Positions 52,101-58,100 of a stretch of 64,000 nucleotides of DNA are shown here, piece after piece (the stretch's first letter is position 1; the number at the start of each line of letters is the position of its first letter). The DNA is from Candidatus Cloacimonadales bacterium (GTDB taxonomy: Bacteria; Cloacimonadota; Cloacimonadia; Cloacimonadales; JAFGVF01): positions 2,272,001 through 2,336,000 of the forward strand of contig CAXXJV010000001.1 of assembly GCA_963663475.2 (NCBI GenBank). The letters run 5' to 3'. The position numbers were made by a program, and so were the translations under genes. The notes beneath the pieces are model-generated. The model was given only the letters and a program-made list of their open reading frames with translations, made no database searches and was not told the DNA's origin.

Positions 52101-55100
52101 AAACCTAATCATATTTCCACCTTCAACAAGCGGACCATTATCAGCTCCAGCTGGTAATCCTGATGGAGTATTGACTCTATAGCCAATATATAGTTGGCCA
52201 CTAGTAGGGATAGCTATTGTTGAATCAAGAATATATTCATTCCATTGTTGATTTTCAAAAGAAGTTATATTCTGAGAATAAAGTTCATCCATACCTGATG
52301 GTCCACCCCAAACTTTGAGAGTATAAGTTGCCTCTGCAACTCTTGGGAACATTTTAATAGAAGTTAAGTACATACCTTGATAAGCCAAGAGTTCTTCAGA
52401 TGTATATTTGAGAGCTACTGAGAATTCTGCTGCATTATTAGTTCCTATACCATTATAAGACGTGTCATTACATTTTTGTAACCAGACACCATCTTCTTCT
52501 TGCCAGTTTAGAATAACATCATTGTCGTTATCCTCTACATAAGCACTTAGTCCACTTGGTGAAGATACATAGACAGTCATGTATTCAGTTTTATATTCAA
52601 TATCGCTTGAATCATCATTATAGATAGTTAGCTTAACATCATAAGTACCTGGATAGTAGTAGGTATGGTTAGGATTAGCTTGGCTGGAATAAGAATCATC
52701 GCCAAAATCCCACTCATAAGTGTCAATATCACCGAGGGATAAGTTAGTAAAAGTAACTTCACTATTAGCAGAGATAGTTTGTTGAGATACAGTAAATTGT
52801 GCAACAAATTTATCTTCCCAACTTAAATAAGGATAATGACCTGATGAGAAAGTCCAAATATCTTCGCTTCCATTAGCAGATTCTCCTTGGAAATCCCAGC
52901 CTAAATCAATGAAGTTTGCTTGATCTAGAAATTCAAGACTACTTATACCTGCAAAATTAATTAAGTTACCAGTATTACCACCAGCTCCTAATTCAATATC
53001 ACAAGTTTCATTATTCCAGAGTGAATTACTTATTATAGATCCATTATTGAAACCTATAAAAGCACCTATTGAATTACTTCCGGAGACATTACCTGTGGAA
53101 TAGCAATTGACTATTTGTCCTGACTCTGAAGAAAGACCAACAAATCCTCCCACATAATCATCCAAACTTTGAATATTACCACTAGCATAAGAATCTGAGA
53201 TACTACCATTATTGTCAGCTACCAGACCTCCCCCATAAGAACCAGCACCATTAACGTTTGCTGAAGAATATGATTGAGTAATTGTTGAACCTGCCATATT
53301 CTTAGCCACAAGTCCACCTGTGTAAGAACCAATAGAAGAGATTTGTCCCTGACTATATGATTTAAAGATATGAGAACCATCATTAAAACCAACTAATCCG
53401 CCCACATTTTCTACCCCGTGAACATTACAGGAAACGTAAGAGTTTTCAATTGAGGCTCCACTTTGACTGTAGCCTACAAGACCACCTACAAAGTGGCCAG
53501 AGCAATCAATATTTTCAAGAGCAAAGGAATTAGAAATAGTTGATGAAATATTATAACCAACAAGTCCTCCTACTATATATGAACCATTCAAAATAGCCTC
53601 AGTATAGCAATTATTTATTGTAGATTCATAGTTATTACCTACAAGACCTCCAACCATCGTATTACTAGCCTCAGTACCTGTTATAATACCAGTTACTGAG
53701 CAATTTTCTATAAGTGTATTGGCGTAAGTTCTACCTACTAAACCTCCAACTTTTTCATTTCCATATACTTGAATATCAGAAACAAGCAGGTTAGATATTG
53801 TAGCTCCATATGTATAACCAAAAAGGCCAACATATTCTGCTTGAGGTAAGTTAATGTAGTAGTTGCTTATAGAGTGATTATTACCATTATAGTTACCCCT
53901 GAATAAATTACCCCATTCATAACCAATTGGACTAAAGCCTGAACCTTGAACATATTGACTTGATTCCGCATCGATATCAGCTGTTTGTTCAATATAGATT
54001 CCTTGTCCCCAATATTCATTATTTTTGGTTAATATGTATAAATCATCTATATCATTTATAAGGTATGGTGATTCTTGGCTACCTTGTCCTTGGAGAATTA
54101 GCTCATTAATTTCTACTTGAGCAATATTGGATGGGAATGATTCAATATCCCCATAAACACCAGTCACATAATAATATGATTGAGTATTAAAGATTGGGTT
54201 GTTATCTTGATAGTTTCCCTCAAAGACAGATGCTATCATGTAATAAGTATCATTATCATTATCAGCAGATCTATAAACACTATATGAATCTGGAATAATT
54301 CCTGAACTTGACCCAGTCTCTACTTCTACTCTTAAGGCTACATTAGAACATGAATAAGCATCTAGGGTACTTTGCCATTGCTCATTTGCATATGTGTAAG
54401 AATTAGCAGGACTACTAGTTGTTTCCATTAATAATCCAAAATTTGATGAGTTTTCATAATTGGCAATACCGATAAAAACGTTAGTGTTAGCAGGTATAGT
54501 CCAATTTTGATCAGAAACATCTATATTACACCAATCTGGATGAATCTGATTGATTGTTGTTGCTAAAGAATATAGTTCATTTCCAGGAAGGCCATTATCA
54601 TCAGACCAGACCTTAACATCTATATAATTATTTGTTAATGTCCCATATAAGACAAAGCCAATTGTATTAATTTGCATATTAGAAGAACTTGTATTTTCAG
54701 CTAATATAGCAAAAGTATTTTCACCATTTGCAAAATACTGCCAATTTTCATCTGTCCATTTAATCTCTTCTATACTTGATTCTATAAACTCGTCCCAAGT
54801 TAGATTAATGTTGGGATAATCTACTTGAGCTATTAAGTTTGTTGGAGCAGGATAATCATTAGTAATCTCTATTTCTACAACATTTGAAGCTTGTGATTCC
54901 TCTTCATCATAAACTGCTGTTACGTAATAAGAATATATATTACCCACTTCAATATTTGCATCACGATAAAGAGTATCTGGGATAACAGATTCAGTGATTT
55001 CAATACTATTTCGATAGACTTTATAGCCTTGCAATGCTCTTGTTCTACTTCCAGTAAACTGATATGGAGACCATGTTAAATCTATAAAGTTACCAACTAA

Positions 55101-58100
55101 ATTAGCTTGTAAATTACTTGGAGGATTAGATAAATTTTGAGCATATCCTTCCCATGCTAAATGGGGATAATTATCAGCAACAAATATCCAAATATCCTCT
55201 TCTCCGTTCTCTGTTTCGTCTGCAAAATCCCAGCCTTCATCAAGATAGGTTGAGAGAGTTTGCATAGCTTCAGTTGTTAAACCTGTACCACCAGCACTTG
55301 TTGATTGGTTTGAGATAACTGTGTCCCAGAAAGAGTTGTTCACAGAGCTTGAAGAATTATCTGCTACTAATCCTCCACTTGAACCACTACCACTAACAGA
55401 AATAGCAGCATAGCAATTATTGATAGTTGAGTTATTATATATTCTACCTGCTAAACCTCCATTAATATACGTTCCACTGATAGAGCCTCTAGCATAAGAA
55501 TTGCTTATAGATACTGAGCTACCGATACCAATTAATCCTCCAATATAGATATCATTAGCACTGATATCTACAGAAGTATAGGAATAACTAATATTAGAAG
55601 CATTAGCTGATCCCATTAAGCCTCCTATACCATAAGAACCACTTATATCTCCAGTAACACAAGAATTGCTAAGAATGATTGAGTTAGAATTGCCAATTAA
55701 GCCACCAATATATAGATTTCCTAAGAATTGAATATCAAGTAGTTTTAAATTTGAAATAGAAGCGTTACTTGCATAACCAAACATTCCAATATTATTAGTA
55801 GAAGGTCTATTGATAAAAAGATTACTTATTGAAAAACCTTGGCCATTATATGAACCTGTAAACATATTCTGAGAATCTCTACCAATTGGATTAAATCCTG
55901 CTCCCTCATTCCAATTATAAGTATCTGAAGCATCAATATCTCCAGTTTGCTTAAAACTTCCAGACCATAAAGATGGTATTTCATTCAACACTCTCAAGTC
56001 TGTTAGTGTCTCAATTATATAAGGAGATTCATAATTTCCTTGTCCTGAGAAATTGTAAGCATGCACTTCTTGTGTGTTTGATGCTTGCGATTGATTATAA
56101 CTATATAAAGCGATTACATAATATTCATAGATTTCCCCATGTTGAATATCTAGATCATTGAACAAAGTATCTACAACAACAGTTGGACTGATTTGAATGC
56201 TATTTCTATAGACATAATATCCAAGAGGAATATGACTAGTTTCATTCAATATCAATGGGCTATTCCATGATAATTGAACTGAACCATTATTGGCTATTCC
56301 AATGAGATTTCTTGGTGGTAGATATTCATCTACTGGTTCAGTTGAATCTAATATAATTTCAATATTTGGATAAGCACTTATCAATGTTCCACTTGGTGGG
56401 TTTGCTGGATCTGGATTAGTAGTATCATTTCTGTATTGTATGGATACAGTATTACTGGAACTTGAGTTGAAAAATTCATCTGAAGATGTATGATATCCAT
56501 AAGTATTCTCATCCCAGGCAATTACCAAATTTTCTGTATTATTATAATTAAAGGGGATATCTAAGTCAAAGGAAAGCCATTGATCTTGATTAGTAGTTGT
56601 GATTGTACCATCATAAACTTGGGTTAGTTCTTCTAGTGGTAACCAACTTGTTTGACTTTCAAAACTTGCTAATTGAGTATGTCCCATATAAATATTTAAA
56701 TCTTCAGGTCCCCAAGCTGAATTTCCATTATAATGAATCTTAAGACTTACTATACTTCCTTCATGACTTATTTGGTCAGCTTGATAAATTGTTTGCGAAT
56801 ATGTATAACCAAAGTAAGGTTCAATAGGCAAGCCTGTATTTGTTAATTCTTCATCGCCAATAGTAATACTAACTAGATTTCCTCTTAGTTCTGTTGTGAA
56901 TTGCCTAATATCGCTATCAATTACAAGTCCACTTAGATTATTTACAGCAGATACCCGCCAAAAATAACTTGTAGAGTTTTCTAAATCAGAGCATTCATAA
57001 GAGCTTATCAGTTGATTTTCTATCACCATAGCACTAGAACTCATATCTTCAACATCTTGCAAATTACTGGAACAATAAACATTAACACCTGTGGTATTAT
57101 CTCCTATCTCCCATTCTAAAATCGTATCTACTGAAACATTTGTAGCATGGTCTTCAGGACTAATCAAAGTCACTTGCGAAGGTTCATTTTCTGGTATTTC
57201 AAGAATAGTAAAATCATCAATATATATGCTTTGATATTGAGATAGCATTGAATGTTTAAAAGAGAAATATTTAATTGAGTAGTCTTCCGAAAATGAGTAT
57301 GTATAATTGTGAAATTCTTCACTTACAGAAAGAGTGTCAATAGCAGTGAAAGAGTCTGCATTATTAGGATTATCCATTGTTCCTATAACTACTTCAATTG
57401 GCAGATTATCTTGGCCAATTATTGAAAAACTTACTCTATTTCCTTGGGTAACAAACCTTGGAGATGATAGTATATAATCCCCTGATGTTGTTCCACTGTT
57501 ATGTAATCTAAGTGCTGCTGGAGCAGAATAAGCTCGGCCATAATCTACCTGGCAATAATTATAGCTGTTGCCTGTATTATCTAAGACATACCAACCATTT
57601 GGATGATCACCTTCAGAGTAGCTATCAAAATTTTGAATAAAAGGTATTTGGGCGAATCCATAGTCTGTAGTATATTTAAATATTTGACTTTCCGTGGAAT
57701 TACTACTTGAAGAAAATGCTTGCAACTTCCAATAGTAAGTTGTGTTATATTGATGTTCAAAGAAAAAGGGCGATTGAACATTAGTGAATGTTTCTGCATC
57801 AGTCAGATCTGCAGAAGTTCCAATAGTTAAGTTTATGTAGTCTGTATTAACTCCATTTGTCCATTCTAAGGGATACTCAAGTTCATAATTGATTTCATTA
57901 TTTGCTGGAGAAATAACAAGAGGTAAACTAGGGTATATTTCATCAGATTCTGCTAGGATTAATTGTATATTTGGAAAAGCATACTTTGCTTGTCCTGCAG
58001 GTGGATTTTGAGGATCAGGATTCGTTGAATCACTTTTATAAACTAATGATTGAGTATTTATAGTTGACGTATTATAAAATTCATCATTTGAAGAATGATA